From an uncultured Solirubrobacterales bacterium (lineage in GTDB: Bacteria; Actinomycetota; Thermoleophilia; Solirubrobacterales; Solirubrobacteraceae), in the NCBI GenBank assembly GCA_963808325.1, contig CAWEFU010000011.1:384818-448817 (forward strand): DNA of 64,000 nucleotides, given 5' to 3'. Positions 29,733-39,062 of this stretch are shown piece by piece. A program made the position numbers and the translations under genes. Each line of letters begins with the position of its first letter. Within the stretch, counting starts at the first letter, position 1. The notes beneath the pieces were generated by a model. The model did not search any database, was not told the DNA's origin, and worked only from the letters and a program-made list of their open reading frames with translations.

Positions 29733-30227
29733 GTGCCGCTGGACCTAGACCTAGCGACGGTTTTACTCGAGGTCAAGAGCGGGCCGGATGCGCCGATGCT
29801 GGTGCGCAGAGTGCTGAGCTCCGTCGGCGAACGGCTCTCGCTCGACGAGAACGCGCTCGATGACATGAAGCTGGGGGTCAGTGCGGCGTGCAACAACGTG
29901 GTCGTTCACGCCTACGCAGGCGATTACGGACCGCTGGCCGTAGGCGTCCGCGTCCGCGCCGAATCGACCGAGGTGACGGTCCGCGACCACGGCTTGGGCA
30001 TCCGGCGCGTCGCTCCGGCGATCGATCGGGCGCGCTTCGGCCTGGCGGTCATCGGCGCCGTGAGTCAGCAAGCCGAGTTCCTCAGCCCTCGCGACGGAGG
30101 TACGAAGGTGCGAATGCAATTCAGCGCCGTACCGGGCCGGTCACCGCCGCTCCCGGCCTCACGCCGGCCGGCGAGATCGATCAGGGCGCGCCCTCGCCGT
30201 TCGCGCTATCCGGAGACGCGGTGGTGA
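29733..30227 (+). CDS. RsbW-like anti-sigma factor / HATPase_c (degenerate, possibly the 5' half of a split gene)
   Basis: DDMKLGVSAACNNVVVHAY (usual EA..N Glu replaced), VRDHGLG, GGTKVRMQF. Confidence 0.7.
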   Translation: MPLDLDLATVLLEVKSGPDAPMLVRRVLSSVGERLSLDENALDDMKLGVSAACNNVVVHAYAGDYGPLAVGVRVRAESTEVTVRDHGLGIRRVAPAIDRARFGLAVIGAVSQQAEFLSPRDGGTKVRMQFSAVPGRSPPLPASRRPARSIRARPRRSRYPETRW

Positions 30228-30577
30228 CGCTCGCGCCCGTGGCGCTGCTCGGTTCGCTGCTCGGCCGCCTCTCGGCGACCCTCGCGAACTTGAGGCAGTT
30301 CTCTCTCGATCGCGCCGGCGAGATCGAGCAAGTGATGAGCGCGCTCGCGGATCATGCGCTGGGCGCAGCGAGCGAGGCGCGGATCAGCTTCGCCTTGCTC
30401 GCTGACGAAAGCCGTTTCGAGGTGAAGCTCGCGCCGCTGCGCACCGGTTCGAGCGGCGCGCTGCAGACCTCCTCCCGGCGCCGTCCGTCGGCACTTCGAA
30501 CCTTCAGCGATGAGATCGCGGTCGACGCTGCAAAGGACCACGAAAGCATCCACGTCGTGCTGCTCCCGCGCGGTTAG
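30224..30577 (+). CDS. Degenerate RsbW-like C-terminal domain (separate coupled ORF or frameshifted tail)
   Basis: LGRLSATLANLRQFSLDRAGEI; GTGA overlap at 30224-30227 with GGAG upstream. Confidence 0.5.
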   Translation: MTLAPVALLGSLLGRLSATLANLRQFSLDRAGEIEQVMSALADHALGAASEARISFALLADESRFEVKLAPLRTGSSGALQTSSRRRPSALRTFSDEIAVDAAKDHESIHVVLLPRG

Positions 30578-30951
30578 TCGCGAGGCAGCTCCTGGGGAGT
30601 GTCCACGATCACGAGCTTTTCGTCGACTCCGGTCAGGCTGAGCAGCCGTTCGATCTGCTTGTTGCCCTTGACCAGGACAAACCGTCGTCCCAGCTCTTGT
30701 GCCCGCTTGTGGGCCTTCAGCAGCAGGTGCAGGCCGGTGGAATCCATGAAATCGAGCTCCCTCAGGTCGATGATCACCACACCGGCATCCAACTCATCGG
30801 CGCGCTCCAGTTGCTCCGCCAGCATCGGAGCGGACGCGAGGTCGAGCTCTCCGCTCACCGCGAGCAGAATCAGCCCGTCCTGGACCTGCACCTCAACGCG
30901 CAAGTTGTCCCGCACTGTAATGGCTGCCTCCTCTCGCATGGACCCGCCCAT
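30574..30951 (-). CDS. STAS-domain anti-sigma factor antagonist (RsbV-like)
   Basis: VSGELDLASAP, IDLRELDFMDSTGL. Confidence 0.92.
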   Translation of the reverse strand: MGGSMREEAAITVRDNLRVEVQVQDGLILLAVSGELDLASAPMLAEQLERADELDAGVVIIDLRELDFMDSTGLHLLLKAHKRAQELGRRFVLVKGNKQIERLLSLTGVDEKLVIVDTPQELPRD

Positions 30952-31003
30952 CCGAGCAACCTCGGGAGCCGAGCCGGACGACGAGCGACGAGCCTATCAG
31001 CCG

Positions 31004-32137
31004 TCACCACGGCTCAGCGGTTATTGCCGGGCTCGCATCGTCCCGATAGCGCCCGACCACGCGGAGCCGGTGACCGTCGAATATCCAGACCCAGTCGAAC
31101 GTCGCGCTTCCCTGGTTTGCAGCCTGGTTCTCGCTGACCAGCACTGTGCCGCTGCGGGGGTCGCTCGCCACCGTGCCGATGTCCGAGCCGCGCTTCAGCG
31201 CCAGGCGGCGCACCATGCGGTCCCCCTTGTCCAGCTGCACCAGGTAGGCATCGCCAAGGTCGGTGTTTCCCGCCGCAGCCGGCGGAGCGCCACGCGAGCA
31301 CCCCTCGATCGCCACGATGCCCTGGCTATCGAAGGCGGCCGACTGGAAGCTGCACCCGGCCGACGGTGGGATCAGGGTCCACGCCGAGATGCGGGTCGGA
31401 CGGCCGGCCGCGACCACCGCCAGATCGCTCGGGCGCGGCTCGGTGCAGATGCTGTCCGGCACGTACTTGCTGTGCGGCGGGAGCGTCGACGCGCCGTAGG
31501 CGAATACCAGCTCCGAGCCGTCCGGGCTCCACGCCGGCCGGGACAGCGCGTGACACGGCGCCGCGTCGGCCGCTATCGACCACCGGCGATGCGCGCGGAG
31601 GTCACGGACGACGATGTGCTGGTTGAAGAACGAGCTGGCACACCCGCCCTCGAGTGTCGCCAGCTGCCGTCCGTCACCTCGCGGCACCGCGTCGGTAACC
31701 AGCTCGGAGCGGGGGATGCGGAGCGCGGTCACGTTCGTGCGACGCACCGGATTGAACCGCATCACGGTGCCCGTGCAGCTGTCCGGCGCTGGATCACCGC
31801 CGGCCACATTGCTGCGGTAGCGCGGGCCGGTGCTCACCGCCATCCACAGCGATGCGTCACGCGAGACGCCGGGGTCTGAAACGCTCACCGGCCAGCCTGG
31901 CAATCTCTCGAGGGCCGTCAACGGCTCGCCGGTGCGCAGCGAGAATTGCTCGAGCACGACCTGGCTCTCGCCGGCGCGTGGCTGCCACCGCGAGACGAAA
32001 GCCGTGGCCGTCCGCGTCATCGTCGCCGACGTGCCGGTGACCGAGCGCGATTGACGGGCTTGCACACCGTAGGTCCCGGCAAGCGCGCCCCCCATCACGG
32101 CCGCCAACACGACCGCGACCCGGTAACCGGTGCTCAT
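31004..32137 (-). CDS. Secreted hypothetical protein with a PD40/TolB-like motif
   Basis: Signal-like N-terminus, RPAWSPDGSELVF, several Cys. Confidence 0.65.
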   Translation of the reverse strand: MSTGYRVAVVLAAVMGGALAGTYGVQARQSRSVTGTSATMTRTATAFVSRWQPRAGESQVVLEQFSLRTGEPLTALERLPGWPVSVSDPGVSRDASLWMAVSTGPRYRSNVAGGDPAPDSCTGTVMRFNPVRRTNVTALRIPRSELVTDAVPRGDGRQLATLEGGCASSFFNQHIVVRDLRAHRRWSIAADAAPCHALSRPAWSPDGSELVFAYGASTLPPHSKYVPDSICTEPRPSDLAVVAAGRPTRISAWTLIPPSAGCSFQSAAFDSQGIVAIEGCSRGAPPAAAGNTDLGDAYLVQLDKGDRMVRRLALKRGSDIGTVASDPRSGTVLVSENQAANQGSATFDWVWIFDGHRLRVVGRYRDDASPAITAEPW

Positions 32138-32175
32138 CCCACCTCCATCACCTGTCCTGACTATAAGCTGCGCAC

Positions 32176-33126
32176 GTGCGCGCGGTCGTGATCGAACGCA
32201 ACGGCGGCCCCGAGGTGCTCGATGTCAGGGACGTTCCCGACCCCACGCCCGCAGAAGGCGAGCTGCTGGTCGACGTCGAGGCCATCGGGGTCAACTATCG
32301 CGACATCTACGAGCGCGAAGGCACTTCCTACGCCAGCCCGCTGCCGGCGGTCATCGGAGTCGAGGGCGCCGGCACGGTCGCGGGCACCGGCGAGCGCGTG
32401 GCCTGGATCGGCGTGCAGGGCAGCTACGCGGAAAAGGTGGCGGCGCCCCGCGACCGGCTCGTTCCCGTTCCCGACGGCGTCAGCACCGAGGTTGCGGCGG
32501 CCGCGCTCCTGCAGGGGATGACGGCTCATTACCTGGCCTCTGACTCGTACCCGATCGGCGCGGGCGAATGGGTGCTCGTGCATGCCGCGGCGGGCGGCGT
32601 GGGGCTGCTGTTGACCCAGATCGCCAAGCTGCGCGGTGGCCGGGTGATCGCCACCACCTCCTCGCCCGAGAAGGCGGCCCTGGCCCGTGAGGCCGGCGCC
32701 GAGGAGGTGATCGGTTACGAGGGCTTCGCCGACCGCGTGCTGGAGATCACCGGCGGCGAGGGGGTCGCAGCGGTCTATGACGGCATCGGCAAGGCGACGT
32801 TCCTCGACGGCTTGGGAGCGCTTCGTCCGACGGGGCGAATGATCCTGTACGGCGCGGCCAGCGGGCGCCCGGATCCGCTCGACATCCCGGCCTCGCTGAC
32901 GCCACGCTCGCTCTACGTACAGCGCCCCACGCTGATGACGTACACCCGCACCCCGGCGTTGCTCTCCGAGCGCGCGGCGCAGCTGTTCGAGCTGATCGGC
33001 ACCGGCAGGCTGGAGGTTCGGATCGGCGGCCGGTACCCCCTCGACCAGGCACGGCAGGCGCAAGAGGACCTCGCGGCGCGCAAGACCACCGGAAAGCTGC
33101 TGCTGGCCGGGGGGTCGTCGGACTGA
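32176..33126 (+). CDS. qor: NADPH:quinone oxidoreductase (MDR family)
   Basis: AIGVNYRD, LQGMTAHYL, HAAAGGVG, YDGIGKATF, TTGKLLL. Confidence 0.92.
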   Translation: MRAVVIERNGGPEVLDVRDVPDPTPAEGELLVDVEAIGVNYRDIYEREGTSYASPLPAVIGVEGAGTVAGTGERVAWIGVQGSYAEKVAAPRDRLVPVPDGVSTEVAAAALLQGMTAHYLASDSYPIGAGEWVLVHAAAGGVGLLLTQIAKLRGGRVIATTSSPEKAALAREAGAEEVIGYEGFADRVLEITGGEGVAAVYDGIGKATFLDGLGALRPTGRMILYGAASGRPDPLDIPASLTPRSLYVQRPTLMTYTRTPALLSERAAQLFELIGTGRLEVRIGGRYPLDQARQAQEDLAARKTTGKLLLAGGSSD

Positions 33127-33127
33127 C

Positions 33128-34405
33128 GTGACCATGGTCTTGCCGCCGGGCCCGCGCGCTCCCGCCGCCTGGCAGACGATCGCGTGGATGGCGCGGCCCG
33201 CGGCTTTTCTGCGGCGGGTGCACGAGCGTTTCGGCGATCCGGCCACGATCCGGACCTACTGGACGGAGGAGCCCATGGTGCTCTTCTCCGACCCGGAGGC
33301 GGTGCGGGAGATCTTCCGCCTCGACCCGGCGATCGCGCCGGCGGGGCAGAGTTGGGAGTTCCTGCGTCAGTTCGCGGGCCCGTACTCCATCCTGTTGCTC
33401 GACGGCGAGGAGCATCTGCGCGAGCGCCGCTTGATGCAGACCCCGTTTCACGGCGCGAAGATGCGTGCGTTTCAGCCGGTCGTCGCCGAGCTCGCCCGTC
33501 GGGAGCTCGAGACCTGGAGCGGTCGCGTGGTCGCGCTCGAGCGGATGCGCCACCTGACCCTGGAGATCATTCTCCGCGTGGTGTTCGGGGCCAGCGGCGA
33601 GCACGAGCGGGCGCAGCTGCGGGGCGCGATCGAACGCGCGCTGGCCGCGGTTCGGTCGCTGCCTTGGGTGCTCGCGATGGCGCTCGTGCGGCGGGACCTC
33701 GGGCCGCGCAGCCCGTGGGGGCGCTTCCGGGTCGCGGTCGAGCACTTCGACGCGCTGCTGTTCGATCTGCTGGCGCGCCGGCGGGAGCAGCCCGGCGACG
33801 ATTCGGTGCTGGCGATGCTGCTCGACCAGCGTGACGAGAGTGGCAACGCGCCGACGGACCGGCACGTGCGCGACCAGCTGGTCGCGCTGCTGGTGGGCGG
33901 TCACGACAGCTCCGCGGCCTCGCTGGCGTGGGCCTTCGAGCGGCTGGCGCGTAACCCCGACGTCCAGACCCGCCTGCGCGAGGGCGACCCCGCCTACCTC
34001 GACGCGGTCGTCAAGGAGGTTCTCCGCGCTCGGCCGGCGCTGTCGATCGCGCCGAGGCGGCTGCTCGAGCCGGTGCGGATCGCCGGCCGGAGTCTGCCCG
34101 CCGGCGTCCAGGTCGCGGCGTGCATCTGGCTCGCGATGCGCCGCGAGGACCTGTGGTCCAACGCCGGCGCTTTCTCTCCCGAGCGGTGGCTAGAGGGCTC
34201 ACAGCCAAACCCCATGTCGTGGATTCCGTTTGGTGGCGGGGTGCGCCGCTGCGCCGGAGCCCCATTCGCGGAGATGGAGATGCGAGAGGTCCTGCGGGCG
34301 GCGGCCGACCTGAGGATCCGCCCGGTCCGCCCCGAATCCGAGCGCACGCGGCGGAGCATGTTGGTCCTCACGCCCCATCGGGGCGCCGAGGTGCTCGTCG
34401 GATGA
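33128..34405 (+). CDS. Cytochrome P450
   Basis: LLDGEEHLRERRL, I-helix LVGGHDSS, KEVLRARP (ExxR), FSPERW, FGGGVRRCAG heme ligand. Confidence 0.93.
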   Translation: MTMVLPPGPRAPAAWQTIAWMARPAAFLRRVHERFGDPATIRTYWTEEPMVLFSDPEAVREIFRLDPAIAPAGQSWEFLRQFAGPYSILLLDGEEHLRERRLMQTPFHGAKMRAFQPVVAELARRELETWSGRVVALERMRHLTLEIILRVVFGASGEHERAQLRGAIERALAAVRSLPWVLAMALVRRDLGPRSPWGRFRVAVEHFDALLFDLLARRREQPGDDSVLAMLLDQRDESGNAPTDRHVRDQLVALLVGGHDSSAASLAWAFERLARNPDVQTRLREGDPAYLDAVVKEVLRARPALSIAPRRLLEPVRIAGRSLPAGVQVAACIWLAMRREDLWSNAGAFSPERWLEGSQPNPMSWIPFGGGVRRCAGAPFAEMEMREVLRAAADLRIRPVRPESERTRRSMLVLTPHRGAEVLVG

Positions 34406-34487
34406 AGGCACCAGGGCGCCGGCGCTCGTCACACTGGGGGAGCGGCACCACAAGGCCGCTCCCCCGGCGCCAAAACGATCAGTGCGA

Positions 34488-34930
34488 TTACCTCAAGAAC
34501 GGGTAGAACTGCGCGCGGTCCGGCGGGTTGACGAGGTTGGCGCCGGTGGTCCGGTCACAGAACGGCGAGTTCAACTGAGAGTCCGACGCCTCGATTCGCG
34601 GCAGGTCGGTCTCCAACGCAACTGTCGAGTAGTTCCTTCTCCCGTCGATCAGCGGACTGGAGAACAGCACGGCGAGGGTGACACGTCTTGTGAACTCGGG
34701 CGCGGACTCGCTGTCGCACACCGTCATCCCGAACCAGGACGCCGGCCTCAACTCGAAGTTCCACATGCTCCCGCGCGCGCCGCTCGCGGTCGGGAACCTC
34801 TACGGGTCGCTCGGGAGGGTCACCGTGAATGTCATGTCGTGCCCGACCCGGGCACGCCGGACTTGAACTCGAGCGAGGGCTCGTCGTGCCCCACGTACCC
34901 CGTTGATGTTCTCGGACAGTCTCCTACAGT
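34488..34930 (-). pseudogene. Collapsed remnant of a conserved secreted-protein gene
   Basis: Protein-like blocks (YVGHDEPSLEFKSG, HDMTFTVTLPSDP, WNFELRPASWFGMTVCDSESAPEF, TDLPRIE, VNPP..FYP) split by a frameshift and an in-frame TAG; family recalled from memory, not searched. Confidence 0.5.
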
Positions 34931-34982
34931 GAGATCCGCCGCGTCGGTACCCACATGAGAGCCTTCTCAACCGAAAATCTCG

Positions 34983-35774
34983 ATGCGACAGTTCTCTGAC
35001 GCACACCTGGCGGCCCTGGCAGTGCTGGTTCTGGCGGCAGGCGTCTCGATCTGGGCGGCGCGACGGCGCCCCGGGCCGTGGACGGTGATCTGGGCGCGGG
35101 CGCTGGCCGTGGTGATCCTCGCCGCGTGGGTCGGCGAGTACGTCGCGGAAGCGGCACAGGGCACGTGGGCCGTTAGGTACAACCTGCCCTTGCAGCTCAC
35201 CGACGCCGTGTCGGCCGTCGCCGTGCTGGCCCTGTGGACCCGGCGCGCGGTCCTCGTCGAGCTCACCTACTTCTGGGCGCTAACCGCGTCACTGCAGGCG
35301 GCGCTCACCCCGGACCTCGGCCAGAGCTTTCCGAGCATCTATTACTTCACGTATTTCGGCTACCACGTGGGGGCGGTCGTCGCGGCGTGCTTTCTGGTCT
35401 TCGGATGCCGGCTCTACCCCCGCCCGGGCGCCTTCCGCCGGGTGTTTGTCGTGACCCTGGCGTTCACCGCCTTGGTCGGGGCGGGAGATCTCATCACCGG
35501 CGGCAACTACATGTACCTGCGCACCAAGCCCGCCCACAGCTCGCTGCTGAACGTGATGGGGCCGTGGCCGCTGTACATCTTCTCGACCGTGGTGCTCGCC
35601 CTGGCGCTGCTGTTCGTCCTTCAGCTGCTCGCCGACTGGCTTCGCCGCCGCGACAGGGCTCCGGCGAATGGCGCGCGGCCGGCGCCGCCGCCGGTGGCGA
35701 GCGATTCAAAGCGGACCCATCGGGGGATTAGGATTGCGCGCCTCGCAACGAGACGATCGGCGACCGACCGATGA
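34983..35774 (+). CDS. YwaF/TIGR02206-family membrane protein
   Basis: YNLPLQLTD, QAALTPDL, GGNYMYLRTKP, LLNVMGPWP. Confidence 0.88.
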   Translation: MRQFSDAHLAALAVLVLAAGVSIWAARRRPGPWTVIWARALAVVILAAWVGEYVAEAAQGTWAVRYNLPLQLTDAVSAVAVLALWTRRAVLVELTYFWALTASLQAALTPDLGQSFPSIYYFTYFGYHVGAVVAACFLVFGCRLYPRPGAFRRVFVVTLAFTALVGAGDLITGGNYMYLRTKPAHSSLLNVMGPWPLYIFSTVVLALALLFVLQLLADWLRRRDRAPANGARPAPPPVASDSKRTHRGIRIARLATRRSATDR

Positions 35775-36769
35775 CCACCCACGATCCCGACACACTGCTC
35801 GCCCAGACTCGCGAGTTCAACGCCCAACTCGAGCGCCAGCTGGCCACGATCCCCCCGGTCGATACGGTCCCCCCGGAGGAGAGCCGCCGCGCGCGCCGCG
35901 AAGGACGCGGCATCTTCCCGGCGCCGGTGTTCCTGCCCGAGGCTCGGGTCACCTGGATCGACGGCCCCGGCGGCCCGTTGTCGCTCCGGGTGATCGAGCC
36001 CGACGAGGAGTCGGCGGGGGTGTTCCTGCACATCCACGGCGGAGGATGGACACTCGGCGAGAACGACATGCAGGACGTCCGCCTGAAGCGGCTGGCTCGC
36101 GAGACGGGGCTCACGGTCGTGAGCGTCGGCTACCGCCTCGCCCCCGAGAACCCGTACCCCGCCGGTCCCGACGACTGCGAGGCGGCCGCGCTGTGGCTGC
36201 TCGCGCACAGGGACGAGCTCGCAGGCTCCGGACCCCTGGCGATCGGCGGGGATTCGGCGGGCGGCCATCTGACCGCCGTGACGCTGTTGCGCCTGCGCGA
36301 CCGCCATGGGGTCACGGGCGCGTTTGCCGCGGCCGTATTTCAGTACGGCAGCTTCGACCTTTCGATGACTCCAAGCCAGCGGCTCTGGGGCGAGCGCAAC
36401 CTCGTGTTGTCAGAGTCGATCATGATCTGGTTTGCCGATCAGTTCCTCCCGGGGCGCGACCGCGAGCAGCGCCGAGACCCCGACATCTCGCCGCTGTTCG
36501 CCGAAATGTCGTTAATGCCGCCGGCGGTCTTCACCGTGGGAACGCAGGATCCCCTGCTCGACGACACGCTGTTCATGGAAGCCCGCTGGCGCGCGGCGGG
36601 GCACCCCACCGAGCTGCACGTCTGGCCCGAGGCGCCGCACGGGTTCCTCTCGCTGCCGATGACCGTCGCCGATGCGGCGCTTACCGCCGAGCACGACTTC
36701 CTCCGCCGTACCCTGGGACTGGATCTGTCGACCCCAAGGCTCACCCACCCACAGGAGGTGCCAGGATGA
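35771..36769 (+). CDS. HSL-family esterase/lipase
   Basis: HGGGW oxyanion motif, GDSAGG nucleophile, DPLLDD, APHGF. Confidence 0.92.
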   Translation: MTTHDPDTLLAQTREFNAQLERQLATIPPVDTVPPEESRRARREGRGIFPAPVFLPEARVTWIDGPGGPLSLRVIEPDEESAGVFLHIHGGGWTLGENDMQDVRLKRLARETGLTVVSVGYRLAPENPYPAGPDDCEAAALWLLAHRDELAGSGPLAIGGDSAGGHLTAVTLLRLRDRHGVTGAFAAAVFQYGSFDLSMTPSQRLWGERNLVLSESIMIWFADQFLPGRDREQRRDPDISPLFAEMSLMPPAVFTVGTQDPLLDDTLFMEARWRAAGHPTELHVWPEAPHGFLSLPMTVADAALTAEHDFLRRTLGLDLSTPRLTHPQEVPG

Positions 36770-37179
36770 CCAGCAAGATCCCGATCCGCCGCCAGAAGGC
36801 CTCCGGCCCGCCGGTCACCGGCGCGACCGTCACGGGGGCGCACGTCACCGGCGCACACGCCGTCGGGAGCCGGCTGCTCGGTCCGACGGCCATGGGCCCG
36901 CTCGCCATCGCCGTGTCGGCCGTGGGCGCGATGGCGATCGGGCGGCTAGCGATCGCGAACGCCGTGATCCGCAGACTGCGCGCTGAGGACATCGAGATCG
37001 GGTCCCTGAAGGTCCGCGAGCTCGAGGTCGGTGGCCGGCGGTGGCCTGAGGCCTCCGGGACCCCCGAGGCCTCCGGGACCCCGGAGCCTTCCGGCCCGCC
37101 CGAGGCCTCCGGGGCTCCCGAGCCCCCCGGGCCTCCGGTGCCCCCGCAGCCCCCTGCCGGCGGCCCGGGCGCGGAGTAG
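36766..37179 (+). CDS. Small hypothetical membrane protein with a PEASG(T/P/A) tail
   Basis: ATGA overlap, AGGAGG RBS, GAMAIGRLAIANAVIRRL segment. Confidence 0.65.
   Translation: MTSKIPIRRQKASGPPVTGATVTGAHVTGAHAVGSRLLGPTAMGPLAIAVSAVGAMAIGRLAIANAVIRRLRAEDIEIGSLKVRELEVGGRRWPEASGTPEASGTPEPSGPPEASGAPEPPGPPVPPQPPAGGPGAE
37045..37134. repeat. 18-bp tandem repeat x5 encoding PE(A/P)(S/P)Gx
   Basis: Units at 37045, 37063, 37081, 37099, 37117. Confidence 0.85.
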
Positions 37180-37208
37180 GCCGCCAACCGGATTCGGGGC
37201 GTGTTCGA

Positions 37209-37910
37209 ATGGACACGCCCCGTGCCGTGCGCGACACTGGTCCCGTGCTTGGACCGGGATCCTGGCGCACGGCCGTGCTCGTGTTGGGAGCGCTCCTCGC
37301 CGGTGCCTGTGGATCTTCCGCGTCGATCCGGCGACCGGCGCGGTCCGGGGCGCCGGCGCGGGCGTCCTCAAAGGCCACCGCGGACATAGCACCGCCCGCC
37401 GCGACCGTGACCGCCCGGCCGTTTCCGCCGGAAGCCTTCCAGACCCTACGTCGCGGCACGGTCGTTAGCTCCGCCGATCTCGGCCAGCAGGTATTCGCGG
37501 ACGCCAGACATGGGTTCGCGCTCGCGAGCGTCTACTACGGGACCTACCCGGCCGCGACCTTCGACGGCGGAAGGACGTGGCAGATCGACGGGCCGTTCCT
37601 CCCGATCCCCGCCGTGACGGCGCCGCTCGCCGTCCGCTACCCGGGTGTCGCCGGTCCGAGGACGTACTTTGCCTCGGGAGGGCAGGGCGGGATCACGGTG
37701 GTGGATGCCACCACCGACGCCGGCCGGCACTGGTGGCAGACCCTGCTGCCGGGCGGAGTGGTGTACGTGGGCGCGTTCGAGGGCGAGCTGACGGCCATCA
37801 TCGCGAGCCCCACCGGGGACGTGCCGGGAGCCCGGGTCATGTTCTGGGTCTATCGGTCCCGGAACGGCAGGCGCTGGACTTACGCCGCCACTATGAATTC
37901 TTCGAGCTGA
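37209..37910 (+). CDS. Putative lipoprotein with Asp-box (BNR)-like motifs
   Basis: LAGAC lipobox-like; TFDGGRTW, TTDAGRHW, SRNGRRW. Confidence 0.65.
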   Translation: MDTPRAVRDTGPVLGPGSWRTAVLVLGALLAGACGSSASIRRPARSGAPARASSKATADIAPPAATVTARPFPPEAFQTLRRGTVVSSADLGQQVFADARHGFALASVYYGTYPAATFDGGRTWQIDGPFLPIPAVTAPLAVRYPGVAGPRTYFASGGQGGITVVDATTDAGRHWWQTLLPGGVVYVGAFEGELTAIIASPTGDVPGARVMFWVYRSRNGRRWTYAATMNSSS

Positions 37911-37968
37911 TCGCGCCCGCCCTGGCCAGCGGTGCCAGGGCGGGCGAACGGTGGGGTCTTGGGTGCGC

Positions 37969-38352
37969 TTACGGCGTGGAGCTGGCGCCGTCCGGCACTA
38001 CCTTCAGAGCTGTGGTCGCGGTGCTGCCGAGCGTCAGGCCGAAGCCGTCGAGCGACCGTGGCCGGCCAAGGTCGACGGTCACGTTCCCCGTCCATTGCGT
38101 CGAGCACCAGGCGGTCGAGGCGCGGCCATCGATCGCAGCTGAGGCCGGCGATCCCGACGCCTCGGTGGACGCGGTGGCCGTCCCGGTGAGCGCGATGTCG
38201 AGCGAGGGCCCCGGGGGCGAGGGCGCATCCGCGAGCGCCCCCCCAATCCGGATGGGCCGGTTCGGCGCGTATCCGGCGGCAACTACAGCCAGCGCGCAAC
38301 CAGCCAGCACGACCACGAGCGCCCATGACACCCAGAGCACCGGGGGTGACAA
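37969..38352 (-). pseudogene. Truncated secreted F5/8 type C (discoidin) domain protein
   Basis: ALTGTATAST..ASAAIDG..TAWC...VTVDLG, then a stop halfway through the domain. Confidence 0.5.
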
Positions 38353-38372
38353 ACGCGAGTATGGTGCGCCCC

Positions 38373-38627
38373 ATGGACGACGAATCGATCCTCAACCGCA
38401 TCGAGTCGCTCGTCGAGGAGGAACACGCCCTGATGAATCGCGAGCGCGCGGACGTGTCGCACAGCGATGCCCTCGATGCCGACCGAGAGCGCCTCGAGCG
38501 CGTCTCAGTGGAGCTCGACCGCTGCTGGGATCTCCTCCGCCAGCGACGTGCGCGCCGCGGCGCCGGACAGGATCCAGACGAGGCCGTGGTCCGAGACGCC
38601 GACACCGTCGAGCGCTACCGGCAATAG
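38373..38627 (+). CDS. DUF2630-family protein
   Basis: ILNRIESLVEEEHAL, LDRCWDLLRQRRARR, VRDADTVERY. Confidence 0.88.
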   Translation: MDDESILNRIESLVEEEHALMNRERADVSHSDALDADRERLERVSVELDRCWDLLRQRRARRGAGQDPDEAVVRDADTVERYRQ

Positions 38628-38632
38628 CGCGC

Positions 38633-38971
38633 TTAACGTCGGCGGCGCGGGCCGTAGACCAGGCGTCGCGGCAGCGGCACGGGCGAGAGCCGCTCGAGCG
38701 CGGTGCCGAAGAGCAGTCGAGGCTCCACCCTCCAGAGCAGCGCGGCGAGCTCCTCGCGCTCTTCCTCTGACAACTTGCGCCGGCGGCCGCGGCTGATCCG
38801 AGCGAGCTCGACGAGGCGCCGGCGCTCCTGCCGGTTCAGCCGCATCATGTGGTCGCGGGCGAGCAACGCGAGCTCGGCGGCGACGAGGAGCTTGAGGACC
38901 GGCACTCGCTTGAGCCCGGGAACCCGGCTCGCGGCGTAACCCAGCGGACCCCTGACCAATCCAGAGCGCAT
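38633..38971 (-). CDS. Conserved hypothetical protein
   Basis: Basic helical ORF LARDHMMRL..ERRRLVEL...LSPVPLP; start re-picked at ATG 38971. Confidence 0.65.
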   Translation of the reverse strand: MRSGLVRGPLGYAASRVPGLKRVPVLKLLVAAELALLARDHMMRLNRQERRRLVELARISRGRRRKLSEEEREELAALLWRVEPRLLFGTALERLSPVPLPRRLVYGPRRRR

Positions 38972-39062
38972 ATCAACCGAGTGTAGGCGGGAGTGTTCTT
39001 GCGACTGGGCCACCGCGGCCTGGGTGTTCGGGGGAGGCCTGGGCCCGGTGGTAGCCAGGCCT

